In this document: positions 41,711 through 54,632 of the stretch, in pieces
How positions within the stretch are numbered: position 1 is the stretch's first letter
How the letters are laid out: every line of letters begins with the position of its first letter
NCBI GenBank assembly: GCA_951406725.2
Contig: OX597814.1
Coordinates: 141,856,001 to 141,920,000, forward strand
DNA length: 64,000 nt
Direction of reading: 5' to 3'
Source: Octopus vulgaris
Taxonomy: Eukaryota
Translations under genes and position numbers: made by a program
Notes under the pieces: model-generated
Told to the model about the DNA's origin: nothing
The model's database searches: none
Seen by the model: the letters and a program-made list of their open reading frames with translations, nothing else

Positions 41711-42175
41711 TAGTTTTCTAGACTGGCATTGATAAGATAGAGCTGATATGTATCTACTGAACTGAATTGTTTCTTCTATCTCTGCATCCTTAATTTTTTT
41801 TTTTTTTTTTGACCTGTTATTTTCATTAAAAAATAGCAAAAATGAGACCAAAAATAGAATATTTTAAACCTGTATTACGATATTAATTCTTAGTAACTTC
41901 TAACTTTATACACAAATATATATAAAAAGGGGTGTTGTTTTTCAGTCCTGAATCACCTGATGAGGTTACTTTATGGTGAGACATGACCAACCAGACATTT
42001 TCATAAACCCAGGAATACATTATCCATTATACCACTGCCTTTTTCTTTTCTTTAGGTGGTTGCAAGCTTTGAAGGAAATCTGGCTGTTATATCTTGTAGG
42101 TCAAATATAGGAGTTTCATTTATTTCAACTTATTTCATTTTCCTTTATCAGATAATTTATTGTTTAGATATATTA

Positions 42176-42558
42176 CTCTTTTACTTGTTTCAGTCATTTG
42201 ACTCTGGCCATGCTAGAGCACCGCCTTTAGTCGAGCAAATCGACCCCAGGACTTATTCTTTGTAAGTCAAGTACTTATTCCATCGGTCTCTTTTGCCGAA
42301 CCACTAAGTAACGGGGACGTAAACACACCAGCATTGGTTGTCAAGTGATGTTGGGGGAAAAACACATATACACGCACATACATGTATAGATACATATGAC
42401 GGACTTCTTTCAGTTTGTCTACCAAATTCACTCACAAGGCTTTGGTCAGCCTGAGGCTATAGTAGAAAACACCTGCCCAAGGTGCCATGCAGTGGGATTG
42501 AACCCGGAACCAATTGGTTCATAAGCAAGCTACTTACCACACAGCCACTCCTACACCT
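42176..42558 (-). mobile_element. SINE family A, full length, ending 70 nt upstream of exon D
   Basis: High similarity to 5006-5419. Confidence 0.9.
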
Positions 42559-42628
42559 ATATTCTTGATAATCTTGATCTAAACTGAGATAATATTGCTA
42601 ATAGATTTTTTTTTTCTCTTTTTACCAG

Positions 42629-42682
42629 CAAGTGGAAAAATGGGACGTCCATCAAATAGGAAAAGAACATGAGGCCAAAATG
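42629..42682 (+). CDS. raw: raw-like exon D (QVEKWDVHQIGKEHEAKM)
   Basis: T-rich tract plus ACCAG acceptor, donor ATG|GTATGT; 54 nt phase 0/0; continues the YFNP-QVxxW...E..AK motif. Confidence 0.9.
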
Positions 42683-43101
42683 GTATGTAGGAAAATTTTT
42701 GTGAAGGCTTTTTTTTAAATCTATGAAAATGTGAAATGTTTTTCTTGCTTCATTAATCTTCTTTCAGCCAAAATATTTTGAAACATTGACATAATCCTCA
42801 ACATCTCTTAGAATAGATAAATCTACCTTTGAGTTTAAAGAAAAAATCCTTTAAAAAACAGTGATGTGTAAAGCAAGTATTTATGAAAGAATTGTCATCC
42901 TTTAACTCTGCTGGTGAAAGTAAATTTGACAAGCTAGTGGTTTTTCCCAAACATAAGAGACAGATTTTTATGGATTACTTCTAAAAATAAACTAGTGCTG
43001 TGATAGAGAATTGTGAAGAGACTAAGCAAAAGAGGGGTAGAAACAAAGTGAAGCAGTAAAAATTGTATGCTATCTTTATTTCTATCATGAAACTACTAAA
43101 G

Positions 43102-43618
43102 CAGGGGTGAGGAAACTTTTTAGTGTGACAGGCAAAATTTTCCAAAGAGAAAGGTCTGCTGGCAGATCACAAGTTCTAACTCTTATATCAGTGTAAATCT
43201 TGTATATATCTATGTATAATTCGATATACATTAATAAAGGTAAGTTTAAGACATTAAATTAATATGTAACATTTTCATTAACGCCACCACTGAATTTAGG
43301 ATGTTTATATTACATATGAGGTATTCTATATTTTTCAGCTAGAGTGTAGTTGTCTCAAGGGGGTGGTACAAACCTACCAATATGTGTTTTATAGTGATAA
43401 CAAAATTTTTATTCAGATGGCAATTACCAGACGATTTTCTGTTAGTCAAACCATTTTAAGTTGTAGCAGAAACACAACCTATGTTGCAAATAGGCATGCA
43501 AATGTATAAATTAAAAAATTTACCATATTTTATATATACAAGTATAGCAGCCTGCAGATGCAATAAAATGGGCTCGCAGGCACAATTGCACCTGCAGGTA
43601 GGGGTTTCACCACCCCTG
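43102..43618. mobile_element. hAT-type MITE
   Basis: TIRs CAGGGGTG(A/G)..AAAC; perfect 8-bp TSD TACTAAAG (43094-43101 and 43619-43626). Confidence 0.88.
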
Positions 43619-43682
43619 TACTAAAGCTATAATTGTAAACCTGCAGTGTAGTAGTCATGCAAGCAGAAAGAGTATATATAAT

Positions 43683-43764
43683 CCTTGGGCAAGTGTCTTC
43701 TACTATAGTCTGACTGACCAAAAGCCTTATCAGTGGATTTTGGAGATGGAAACTGAAAGAAGCC

Positions 43765-43802
<38 letters not shown>

Positions 43803-43917
43803 GTCTGTCTCCCCACCAACTGATGTTGGTGTGTTTACGTTCCCGTGACTTAGTGGTTTGGCAAAAAAGAATGATAGAATAAGTGCTAGGCTTAAAAAAT
43901 TAAGTCCTGGCGTTGAT
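43683..43917 (+). mobile_element. SINE family A fragment
   Basis: CCTTGGGCAAGTGTCTTCTACTATAG...GAAAGAAGCC(TA)n...GATAGAATAAGTGCTAGGC. Confidence 0.8.
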
Positions 43918-43924
43918 ATATATA

Positions 43925-44224
43925 TATGATGGACTCTCTTGTTAGATGATATATGAGGGTTCGACAGTTTCTTACCGAACAACCACACAAATGATTTGTT
44001 TATAGTGATCAAGTGTTTGTGTAGACATATGCTCACTCCTTTAATTAGCTCGACATTACCTGTACAGGTGCAATGGGTGCTACAAATCGGATGTTGAAAT
44101 GGTCGCAGAGCAATATGAAATGAAGTGTTTGCTCAAGAACACAACTCATTGCCCAGTCTGGGAATCGAACCCACAATCTCTTAGTCTTGGATGCATCACC
44201 TTCACCACTAAGCCATGTGCCCCT
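43925..44224 (-). mobile_element. tRNA-derived SINE family E (head shared with family D)
   Basis: Minus strand: TGGCTTAGTGG...GGTTCGATTCCC...GTGTTCTTGAGCAAACACTTCATTTC; body matches 56278-56536. Confidence 0.78.
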
Positions 44225-44249
44225 ATGTATACACACACACACACATATG

Positions 44250-44655
44250 CCGGCAGGTGTGACTGGATGGTTAAAAGCTTGCTTCCCAGCTACATAGTTT
44301 GGGGTTCGGTCTCATTGTGTAGAACATTGGATGTCTGCTAATACAACCCTGGGCCTACTAAGTCCTTGTGAGTGGATTTAGTTCATGGAAAGTACAAGAA
44401 GCCCATTTTGTGTGTGTGTGTGTGTTTTTATATGTTAGTGTCTCCCTGCTTTGACATTGCTTAATGTCAAAGCATGAAGGATGCTGTCATGCAAGCAATG
44501 TCCCCCATTTCCTATATTCTGGAAAACGCGTCTGATCATGGAGGTATATTACCTTACCTTACAGGTGAGGGTTGGTGACAGGAAGGGCATCATCTGGCCA
44601 TAGAAAAATCTACTTCAATGAATTCTGTCTGAAAATATGATGCTTAAAACAATGA
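44250..44655 (+). mobile_element. SINE family B (other fragments about 22070-22290 +, 31880-31997 -, 55090-55320 -)
   Basis: Family A-like head, (TG)n, then a different body ending GGTTGGTGACAGGAAGGGCATC...GCCATAGAAAA. Confidence 0.7.
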
Positions 44656-45553
44656 TTTTATATAATCTTGTCATCTGCTTGTCATTTGGATCTGAGGATC
44701 AATTTTTCTTCCTGCATGAATATTTGGACCATTAATGCCAATGGGGAATGTGTCTAATGAAGCCAATCTTCACATAAAACGTGGTTGAATTGGCCACATG
44801 TGAATGTTGAAGTCGGTTGTGGTTGCTGCAGTCTGGCCTTCTGTTGCCATTGTCTCTCCTCTTCTTCTTTCTCTTTCAAACAATATTATGTTTTGTCGGT
44901 TGGTTACAGTCATCTCAAAAGCCATGGTGTCAAAGCTGGTGTGCTTCAGAATTGACTTTAGCTCATCTTTGTAGTGTTGAAGATCTCTTCTTTGTCTTTT
45001 CCCAGTTTCCAGTTCACAAGAGGGAGAGGGTACAGTGAAATTGCAATGGGTAGTGGAGTATTTAATATTTTAGATAATTCTTCAGAACTCGGTTCAAAGT
45101 CTCCCTTGACCAGAAATGGCCTGAACTCTTTGCATGAACACCACCCTGTACATAACTCCATGTCACCCTACATGGCCTTGCTTTTTGCTTTTTGAGCCAA
45201 AAAAATTAACTAACTAAAGATGACAGAAGGTTAATAAAAAAAAAAATGCAGTTTTACATCCTCCATTTGAAAAACTGGTAGCAGCTGAGGGGAATACAAG
45301 ACCGGCAAGCTACACATGTAGACAGGAAGTAGTGACAGGGAGAAAGAAAGAGAAAGAGAAGCAGGAAAAGGTGAGATGGTGGGTAGATTTAAAATGAGAG
45401 GGGAGTTGAAGGATAAGAATGGGGTTACTTGAACTAAGATTTAGTTGAAAGAAAAATGTTCATTTAAACCTGTTGTGAATATGAAACATTGCTCCTTCCT
45501 CTTCTTTGAGTATATGGATCCATGTGTGTGTGGAGATACTGCCCACTGTTTAA

Positions 45554-45900
45554 TCTCTATATATATAAACGGCAAAATGTCTGTGTGTGTGTCCTTTATA
45601 CAAATCCACAATATTTCAGTTAGAGGGCTTGCACTTTCTATTGTCATTCAAAACCGTCCAAGGGTGGCCTTGCACATCTTTACATTTCCCCAGTCACCCA
45701 GCAAAGCCATTAAAAAATCAATAGAAGTGACTTTTCTATCCAAAACCCAATCAAAATGCACCAAAACTTGATACGCCAATTGAATGCCAGCTAGCTGTAT
45801 GTGATTGGTCGGAGGTTTGGACAGTACTCGCATGTATGTGTGCATACATGCAGCTGTATATGCATGCACTAGCACTATAACTCAGCGTTGAGTAATAAAA
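45554..45900 (+). mobile_element. Helitron-like non-autonomous element, 5' portion
   Basis: A|TCTCTATATATATAAA...GTCTGTGTGTGTGT start, same style as the 5' end of the element at 50079-50504; 3' end not confidently located. Confidence 0.5.
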
Positions 45901-46894
45901 TGGCCTGTAATCTTGAAGCTCCATAGCGACCATCCATATACAACTTTGTAAAAGTATCTAACCACACCTTACATAACTGGTAGTTTTCAGTTTTAGAACA
46001 TCATGTAACAAAAAGAAAAAGTCTTTAATTTTGCCAGAAACATGTTGGGGAAATGATGTTCGAAAAACGGTTTATATATTTCATGCTACTACACAATCTC
46101 ATTAAGACACAGTAACTTGTTTAATTTGATGTCAACCAACAAATCCTCTCTGTACATAGTGTATATTATATCTGGTACATTGGCAAATAAAAGTAAAGTA
46201 ATATATTTCTTCTTGCAATGACTGAATTAAAATGATGAATGATATCTTAGAATTTAAATCAAATTTTAAAAAAAAGGGGAAAAAAAAATCTAATTGAAGC
46301 CTAAAAGAAAGAAACATCAAGCATTCTGTGTATTATCATGTTAAATCAGAATATGCATCAAATATGGGAAATTACATGAAATTGAGAAAACAGTGGATTG
46401 TAATTTGAATGAATTTTAGATACGGAATCTTTTCTTTGACATGTCTGTGACATGGAGAAGGCATTTTCTTTGAAAAATATACTTTTGCTTCGTGTTGCTG
46501 TTTTGTTTTATTATCAGTGTAACTCTGGGAATCAATCTAATGGAATGGAATATATCATTCTTATTAAATATAGTTTCTTTGAAATGGTCTTACCTACTTT
46601 GTCTTGGAACTAATATGGGAATAAATGGCTCTGTGTGTGTGTGTCTCTCTCTCTCTCTCTATCTATGTATATATATATATATATGAAATGTTAATTTTAC
46701 GGTTGGAATTTTAAGAATAACAAGACATTTACTGGTGGTGGTAGTGGTGAAATCTATGCTAAAAGTAAATTCAAATTTATTATGAGATTAGTTTTGACAG
46801 GAACTTCAATTTTTGCCTAACAGCTTATACAGACAGTTGTGTAATTTTTCTTTGTAATATTATATAGCAACAGAAGCAGTATTAATACCAAACA

Positions 46895-46999
46895 GCAATC
46901 TTGATATCCAACTTAATGTGGATGTTTTGTTAGAACACTGCGAGCAAAGTATTTGGTGTTCTAACAAAACCTCCATGTTCAGTTGGATATAAAGATTGC
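46895..46999. repeat. Imperfect hairpin with 44-bp arms
   Basis: GCAATCTTGATATCCAACT...GTTTTGTTAGAACAC pairs with GTGTTCTAACAAAAC...AGTTGGATATAAAGATTGC. Confidence 0.85.
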
Positions 47000-47280
47000 C
47001 TTCTCTCTCTTTTCTCTTTCTCATTCTCTCTTTTCTCTTTCTCTCTCTCTCTCCCTATATGTATGTGTGTGTGTATGTATGAGGGCATATAATGCACATT
47101 TCCCCCTAAATCTCAATCACCCAGCATCTTATATGTAAATTTTGTGGGTGGAGGCTAATTACTTGTTTTAATGCATTGAAAATTATTTTCCTGCATATGC
47201 ACTGTTGAAATTGGGATACATCTAATATGCCCATGCATTCTTTTGCCATCAAATATCCTTTGTATTTGTATGTTTATGTA

Positions 47281-47461
47281 CAAGGGGGTATTTGAAAGTT
47301 CCTGGCTTTGGGTAAAAGGAGGATCAGTTAATTATGATTTTATTTAGTATATTCTCCTCTCAGATTCATATTGCAGTGTTCTTTCAGTTTTCTATGCCCT
47401 GTAAAAGAACCAGGCCTTTTGCAATATCCTTAAAGCCAAGAACTTTTCGGCACCCCCCTCG
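47281..47461. mobile_element. mariner-type MITE
   Basis: TA|CAAGGGGGTATTTGAAAGTTCCTGGCTTT ... AAAGCCAAGAACTTTTCGGCACCCCCCTCG|TA. Confidence 0.75.
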
Positions 47462-48080
47462 TATGTATATAATATTGTAAGAGCTTTAAAAGCCTATTCT
47501 CATTTTAGCCCTAGACTGGGGTGAAGGAAAATTTCTCATCACTGGTTGAATAAGCTGTTAGGTGAAACTTGAAACCCCATGTACACACATGCACACAAGA
47601 AAAATCAAGTTTATCTGTTCATGATTTTCTTAACTTCTTGAGAATAACTGCATAAACAATATGGTAAATAAGATACTTATAGAATTAAAATATTTTAATG
47701 CAAACATTTTGGTTATATAGATTAAATTCTTCAATTAGATTACTATAAAATAACTAGCAATGGGTCAAACAACATGTGAATTTTGTAAATATCCAATAAT
47801 TGCCATTTGTTATGCAAATATTGTTTAAATTTCTGCATTTGTTTTCCATTAGGATTTTCAAAATTCAGTCACAGCTTCTGTCTTTATCCTTCCATATGTC
47901 AGTACTAATCTCTATGAGAAATTTCCAATAATTCAATAAGAACAACGCATTGCACTTATAGCATTCTTTTTAGATGTGTTTTCCAGGCACAGATCACTAA
48001 GATGCATCATATTTGAACACTGGCAGTACTGAGAGAAAACTTTAGCTTAACTATAACTCGCATTTAAATGATGTAACAGT

Positions 48081-48420
48081 AGGTGCAGGCATGGCTATGT
48101 GGTAAGAAGTTTGCTTCTCAACCACATGGTTCAAGGTTCAGTCCCATTTGCATGGCCCCTTGGGCAAGTTTCTTTTACTCTACTCTTGAGCTAACCAAAG
48201 TTTTGTTAGTGGATTTGGTTGAGAGGATACTTAAATAAGCCTGTTGTGTGTATTTGTGTGTGATTGTCCCCCACTCACTGCTTGATAAGTGTCAGTGTGT
48301 TTACATCTCCATACTTAGTAGTTCGGCAAAAGATACTGATAGAATAAGTACCGGGCTTCTTAGGGTAGTGTCCCAGCGTGGCTGCAGTCTAATGTCTGAA
48401 ACAAGTAAGATATAAAAGAT
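48081..48420 (+). mobile_element. SINE family A
   Basis: AGGTGCAGGCATGGCTATGTGG...GGTTCAGTCCC...CTGAAACAAGTAAGA. Confidence 0.85.
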
Positions 48421-48499
48421 AACTGAGCCATATTAGATAAGCAATAACTTAGTCATATTAGCCATAACTTCTTTGCTGGGAACTTTTTTTTTTTTTTTC

Positions 48500-48706
48500 T
48501 TCATTCCAACCTGCTTAAGACTTTTCTGAATTTATTATACAAACTTATTGTTTTTAAGTGATCTGAATTAAAATTTTACATCAAAATTTCATTTTGTGTT
48601 TCAAATACTGATCTAATAATGACAAAGTAATTTCATTAAATTCTTCAGGATTTTAAAAATTGAAACAATGATAGTGTATTTCATCAGAAATGTGGTAACA
48701 TAAGGG
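48500..48706. mobile_element. piggyBac-type MITE remnant related to 713-932
   Basis: TGAATTAAAATTTTACATCAAA...GTAACATAAGGG|TTAA; left end unclear. Confidence 0.5.
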
Positions 48707-50078
48707 TTAATTATCTGGCCTGCTTATATATTAAATGTATATATATAGTTTTGATGAACCTTCATGTGACATGTCATTTTATGATGACTTTCACGGATCA
48801 GTTTTAAGTATCTGGAAGAGTTGCATTTCAAAATGAGGTGCATCTTATTCATTTTATTTGTTTCTCAGTTTTGTGTGTTAACAAGAGTTTATCAAACAAC
48901 ATAACCTTTAATTTTTCTCCAATAAAATCACAGCTCATAAGAATGCCAAACTATATTAAGTAGATGGCGATTTTAGAAGAAACTGAATTGAACAGCTATA
49001 TACTACCCAAAGAAATCATTCCTACCAATGGTTATATGAAAAATGCAATCTGCATATACTTAGAATTGAAAGCTGACCACTGTTGGCAAATATTCTGTTT
49101 TCTTGCAATAAAGGATTGGAATTACAATTGAGTTCTCCAATTGTATTCAACATGGCCAATGCAGAAAACTCATTTCAACACACACACACACACACACACA
49201 CACATGCATGCATACTGCTCACTCACTTTACAATTAGCATGTCAATGACATCACTTTGATATACACATTTGAAAATATTGTCTGAAAGACATGAAAAATA
49301 TCCATATCAACCTTAGTTTAAATGAAAATTTGACTCAACAACCTTGGTTTTAGATATATCTTGCTGGCTATGGCTTTTATTTAACTGATATACCTCAGCA
49401 TGAGATAATCAGACCATTAGATGAACTTTTCACTGGAAATCTATCAGTATTCTCTATAAACACTAATTAATCCCAATATACAGTAAATGTGTATTGTAAA
49501 ATCCCTATTTTAAAGAGCCTATAAATTCTCTACAAACGAAGCAATGTAAAAAGAAATGAGTAGAATAACACAATAGATATATAAATAAACTAAAAAGCAA
49601 TCTATAAAGTCTTTTTTAAAAACCACATACAAATCAAGTAAAGTCAAACAGCTACACAGTCTATTAATTGGAGCAAAAAGATTGTCTATAAAATCGACAA
49701 ACTTTTCATGAAAAAATGAACATAAATCTGAATACATGCAATTACAAACTAGTATTAATGATTGCTGTGATAATATTTAAGTGTTCTCAAACTACAAAAG
49801 CTTAAACAATTGTCAGATGACCGATGTAATGTACAAATTCGGAAAACTGAAAGTGGCAAACATCATGACTATAACATTAAAATCAGATACACTTTTTATG
49901 CCAGCAGACTATATTTACAACAAAGCGGGCATTGAAACACATTACTTATTGAAAACTGAAACTAGACAGAAAAATTACTAGTTAAAACAATTATTTTACA
50001 TAAAATACCTCTAAAGCTAGATTAGGCTTATCTTAATAGGACAACAGAATGCAACATTTAACATGGTTATAATATATA

Positions 50079-50464
50079 CTAGCAGTATCGCCCGGCGTTG
50101 CTCGGGTTTGTTTCGACCCTTTAGAATTGGAATTTTTGAAAAGTAAAAATGTTGCATTATATAGGTTGTTATTCTCTTTAAGTGAACATTTTTCTGGTTG
50201 AAATACACTGAAAAATGGCGACACAGCAGTCAAAAAATGGTAAAAAAAAATAGGGCTTTTCAAAGAAAAAAAAAAAACCACCTTTTTGATGTAAATAATT
50301 TTTGATGTTAACATGGTCCAATTTGAATTTTTTCTTCTACGGAAAGAAGAACAAGCCTTCTTCTATCATACTCTCAATTTTGGTCAACTTGTGCCGCAGG
50401 GTCTCGGAGGAGATAGTGTTAGTTGAAGGCTGCCAAACCTGCCATACACAGACAACTTCAGCTT

Positions 50465-50500
<36 letters not shown>

Positions 50501-50504
50501 AAGA
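50079..50504 (-). mobile_element. Non-autonomous Helitron
   Basis: On - strand starts A|TCTTTATATA and ends with the CCCGAGCAACGCCGGG hairpin then GCTAG|T; inserted between A and T with no TSD. Confidence 0.82.
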
Positions 50505-50730
50505 TTTAGCTGCTTCCACATTTATTGCTGATTCTGTCAGTTTAATATGAAGCGCCTGTACACGACTTCTCCACCTCTTGGTTTCAATGCATACATGCGA
50601 TAATAAGATATTTTGGAGATTTTTTTCCCTTTTCTTTTTCATTATGAGATCTTATTCAGAAATTGATGAATAGGTGTCTTTTTCTGCATCTCTGCTAATG
50701 TTTTCCTATTTTTCTCTTCTTTCTCTGTAG

Positions 50731-50809
50731 GCTTCGGAAGTGTTGTTGTTTGTCATTGATAACCGAACCCGTGCAAGTTCATCTTTGATTGAAATAGCTT
50801 ATTCAGTTG
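50731..50809 (+). CDS. raw: raw-like exon E (ASEVLLFVIDNRTRASSSLIEIAYSV)
   Basis: Strong pyrimidine tract plus TGTAG, donor TTG|GTATGT; 79 nt; LLFVIDxxTR..S.IE.AY motif. Confidence 0.92.
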
Positions 50810-52581
50810 GTATGTATGTTTTACATTGTGCATTTACATAATTTACACACGCACACACACACACACACACACACACTCTCTCTCTCTCTCTCACTCTTTC
50901 TCTCTGTCTCCCATCCCATTGTCTACATTTCATTATGCTCATCTATACCATGCTATATATGTTGCCATTAATGTAACCTTTTTCTGACTGTTAATGTAAC
51001 TAAAACTAATACTGCATTCTACAATAGCAGAAACGGTAAATCCAAGTTCCATCCATTAATGAATCCACATTAAGCACTGAGTGTTTTACTGGCTCCACTA
51101 CCATCGCATTGTCCCATGTTATTTTGCATTGTCCTTTATAAAATTGTATCCTATCAATGCACAAAACATAAACAAGAAAATTTTGATAAAACCTCAGGAG
51201 GCAGAAAAAGATACTGTATATACATATCTGTATGTGTACACACACTTTTACTTTTCCTAGGCAGTTCACTTGTAGCTATGATGCTGCCATATAATTTTAT
51301 GTTTCGTGTCATTTCACCTATAACTTAAGAGTTCGATAAAGCTCCAAGCAGATCTAAAAGAGCTACACTGTAATTGCTAAACCTTTCTTTGCTTCATTAA
51401 TTGGATCTACATCTCCAAAATTCCCTGTAGTAATTTCTTAATAGATAATTTTGAAGTGTCTGCTATGTTTGGTTACTTTATTGCCAACTGAGTAACAGTG
51501 TTTCCTGGTGAACTACAATTTATGAAGTGACTGCTAAATTCTGATTGGTTCTGACACTGACAAGTTTGACTAATCAGCCTGAAAATATATTGGAATGAAA
51601 GCTTGTCTGTATGTCATCTGGCTTATCAATCTTACATCATATAATAGCTAAACAGCTATCAAACTTTGATTTCTTCTCTCTCAAATGTACTTGTTAAAAG
51701 CTGTGTGAGAAAAGTACTGCAAATAATCAGAAATGCAGTGAACTTGTAATTAGTTTGTTGGATCCCAATTTTTAAACACAAACCTTCAGTAAATGCTTTT
51801 GTTTTGCAAATGTATGTAATATATAAATAGTATATTCATTATCTGAAATATTAAAATTCTTGCTCTGTTTTAGAGTATTTTTTAAGATCTGTTTCACTAT
51901 AGTTTAATGTTAAGTAAAAATGTTGATATACAGATTATAAGGAGATAAGTTTTTATTGTTACATAAAGCCAACATGGAGATATACATACAAACAGTTCTT
52001 ACTCAATGTACAATAGTATGTGATATGCATGGTTTCACTTTAGCATGGTCTGGGTCAAAACAGATATATACATGCACAATAACCACTTACGCTCATTTCA
52101 ATAACTGTTTATTTTCTTATACCATTTAAAAAAAGTATCTCTCTTGTTTTACATGGTTTTGATTTGCACCATGAGTGAAGGAACCAATTTACTGTGTAAA
52201 ACAAGGGACAACAGTATAATACAAAATACATTCTAAAAAATTAGGTTATGGTAATTGCCAAAATTTTGTATTAAGCAAACATCAGTAGGCTTGTATTTTG
52301 TATTTAGTTAGAAGTTAGGACCTCTGATGACTATCACATCATATAATTTCACTGCCTAAATATGAATGACAGGTGATGCTCTTTTAAAAACGATTGCTTC
52401 CATTTCAATTTTAAACATCTGAAGTTTGAAATGTCGTTAGAATTTACTTCCAAAAAATGGAAATTATTCATGACTTGAAATATTTTCCAAATCCTCTTTC
52501 TTTTTTTACCACTAAACCTTTTTGTTCCCCTTGTCCCGAGTTTCTCTTGCTCTTAAGGTCTTAATTACCATTTCATACTAA

Positions 52582-52847
52582 CCCTTACTATACAGGAACC
52601 AAGTACACTGTTCTATGTATGTACTTAAGACACTGGATCAGAGTTAATTTGGTTCTTTTCTTTTTTTGCTTATTTGTTTTTTCTTTAGTAGGACACTTAC
52701 TGGAATTCACAACATTTCATATGACCTAGTATGCACACTTAGTTATTATTGTGTACATAACTTGGGGATATCAATTTCAGCCAATTTTAACAACTTAATA
52801 AAGTGTCTGCATGTTAGTACACAAAAATTTAATCAGTGCAGTAAGGG
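52582..52847. mobile_element. piggyBac-type MITE
   Basis: CTAA|CCCTTACT ... AGTAAGGG|TTAA. Confidence 0.7.
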
Positions 52848-53620
52848 TTAATCAAGATAGGTCTATCTTGTCAGGAATTGCAACCGATAGATCGTATCAG
52901 CTATTTGAAAAATAAACAATGGAATTGTAGTTTCCTTAGTTCAGCTAGATCAACTGCTGCCATCATCATCAGATAAGTCTATTCAGAGCTAGCCTTGGGC
53001 TACACTACGAAAAACTACGATAATCTAGGTAATAAATCTTAATAAATAACAATTCTTTGTTATCTCTTTAAAATTTTTCTGTCATTACCTTAACCATACT
53101 CCATTAACCTCATCATTCCAAGTACTTATTCCTTTAAGGCTAAATGCATCTCTGTATTTACTTCACAGTAAACTTTGACCGTTGATGCGGCAATGTTCAA
53201 TGAAGAATTACTTACTGCAGTGAACTAATTCCTTTTACTGATATGTCATCTGATTGAACAGACTTAGTATAGGTTTCCCAACTGTGATAACCCTAGCTTT
53301 TTATTTTATTTTCTATAATGTATCTAGTACAACATTGTCCAATGTATCTTTCATTTTTTTTTCTTTTTAAGATAGTGTGATTTGACCACTATTTCTAGCC
53401 CTACTGAGTCTTGCTATTGTTTAACACCATGTCATTGAAGCATTCTGACCATACTTTATTTTTTTTTTTTCTTACTTTCCTAGAACTATATATTTTTTAA
53501 AGACAGTTGTTTGTGATATGAGTGAGATTTAGCTGCTATTTCTAACAGGTTGAATGACCACGTAGAAGCTTTCTCATTGATTCCATGAATGCTTTCTGAT
53601 AATGTTATTTTCTCTTCCAG

Positions 53621-53678
53621 GAAGCCAAAGACAGGTATTGCTTGTAATCCATGATAATGAGAGCAAGATCCCAAAAAG
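53621..53678 (+). CDS. raw: raw-like exon F (GSQRQVLLVIHDNESKIPK)
   Basis: Acceptor TTTTCTCTTCCAG, donor AAG|GTAAAA; 58 nt, phase 1 to 2, fits both neighbours; hydrophobic strand VLLVI after the IEIAY helix. Confidence 0.85.
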
Positions 53679-54033
53679 GTAAAAATACTTTTGTCTTTTA
53701 GGACTTGTGATGTTCTTTGGCCTGGTATGAATGCCAACACTTCGCATTTTGAAGTTATATTACTATTTTTCTGATTTCATGTTTCAAATTGAAAGTTATC
53801 CTAATACTTATTCACACTTGATATGTTATCAGTTAAACTGTTTCTCTCTCTCTCTCTCTCTCCATTCATGTTTCACTTGATGTCTGCATATACATATGTG
53901 CACCTCTGCAAAGATAAAATTATAAGTTTGTGCATGCATGCACACACACTATTGATTTTGGTGAATTCTAGTAAGCTGCAGCTTTTGATCTAAATGATTA
54001 TTTCACAGTGTACTAATTTTATCATCAGCTCTT

Positions 54034-54073
<40 letters not shown>

Positions 54074-54566
54074 CTTAGTATTTGTATTCATGGAAGTATG
54101 TGTTGTAAACTCTGTTCGATGTGTGTTCATGCGTGTTAGTGTGCATATGTGCTTGTATGTAAATATATCAATACAACTGTGCATTTATGTACATTGCTGT
54201 GTGTGTGAGTGAGAGAGATACAGAAAGAGCATGTGTGTTCATGCGCACATGTTTGTGTGTGTGTGTGTGTGTCTATATCTCATTTAATTCTCTTCCTTTT
54301 TATTTTATCTCGTCTATTATACCTGATAGGCAGAGACTGTGAATATCTGAGATTTGCCAGAGCAGATTTAGTTCCATGGCATTAAAAATACGGCTCTGAA
54401 GAGTTGATGACAAATGACATTTGCTTGAAGAAGAATTATAGATTTAATCTCATTGATATTTATCTCTAGCTTCTTTTATTCTTATCCTACTTTGAATAAA
54501 TATATTTTTATCAAGTAATTACATGAAGCAGCAAATACATATATATACATAGAGATATGCACAGAC

Positions 54567-54632
<66 letters not shown>

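Noticed and set aside
41945-41985. Hammerhead-like CTGATGAG...GAGAC
   Set aside because: GAAA core is altered, stem II is weak and helices I/III are not evident; at most a dead relic.
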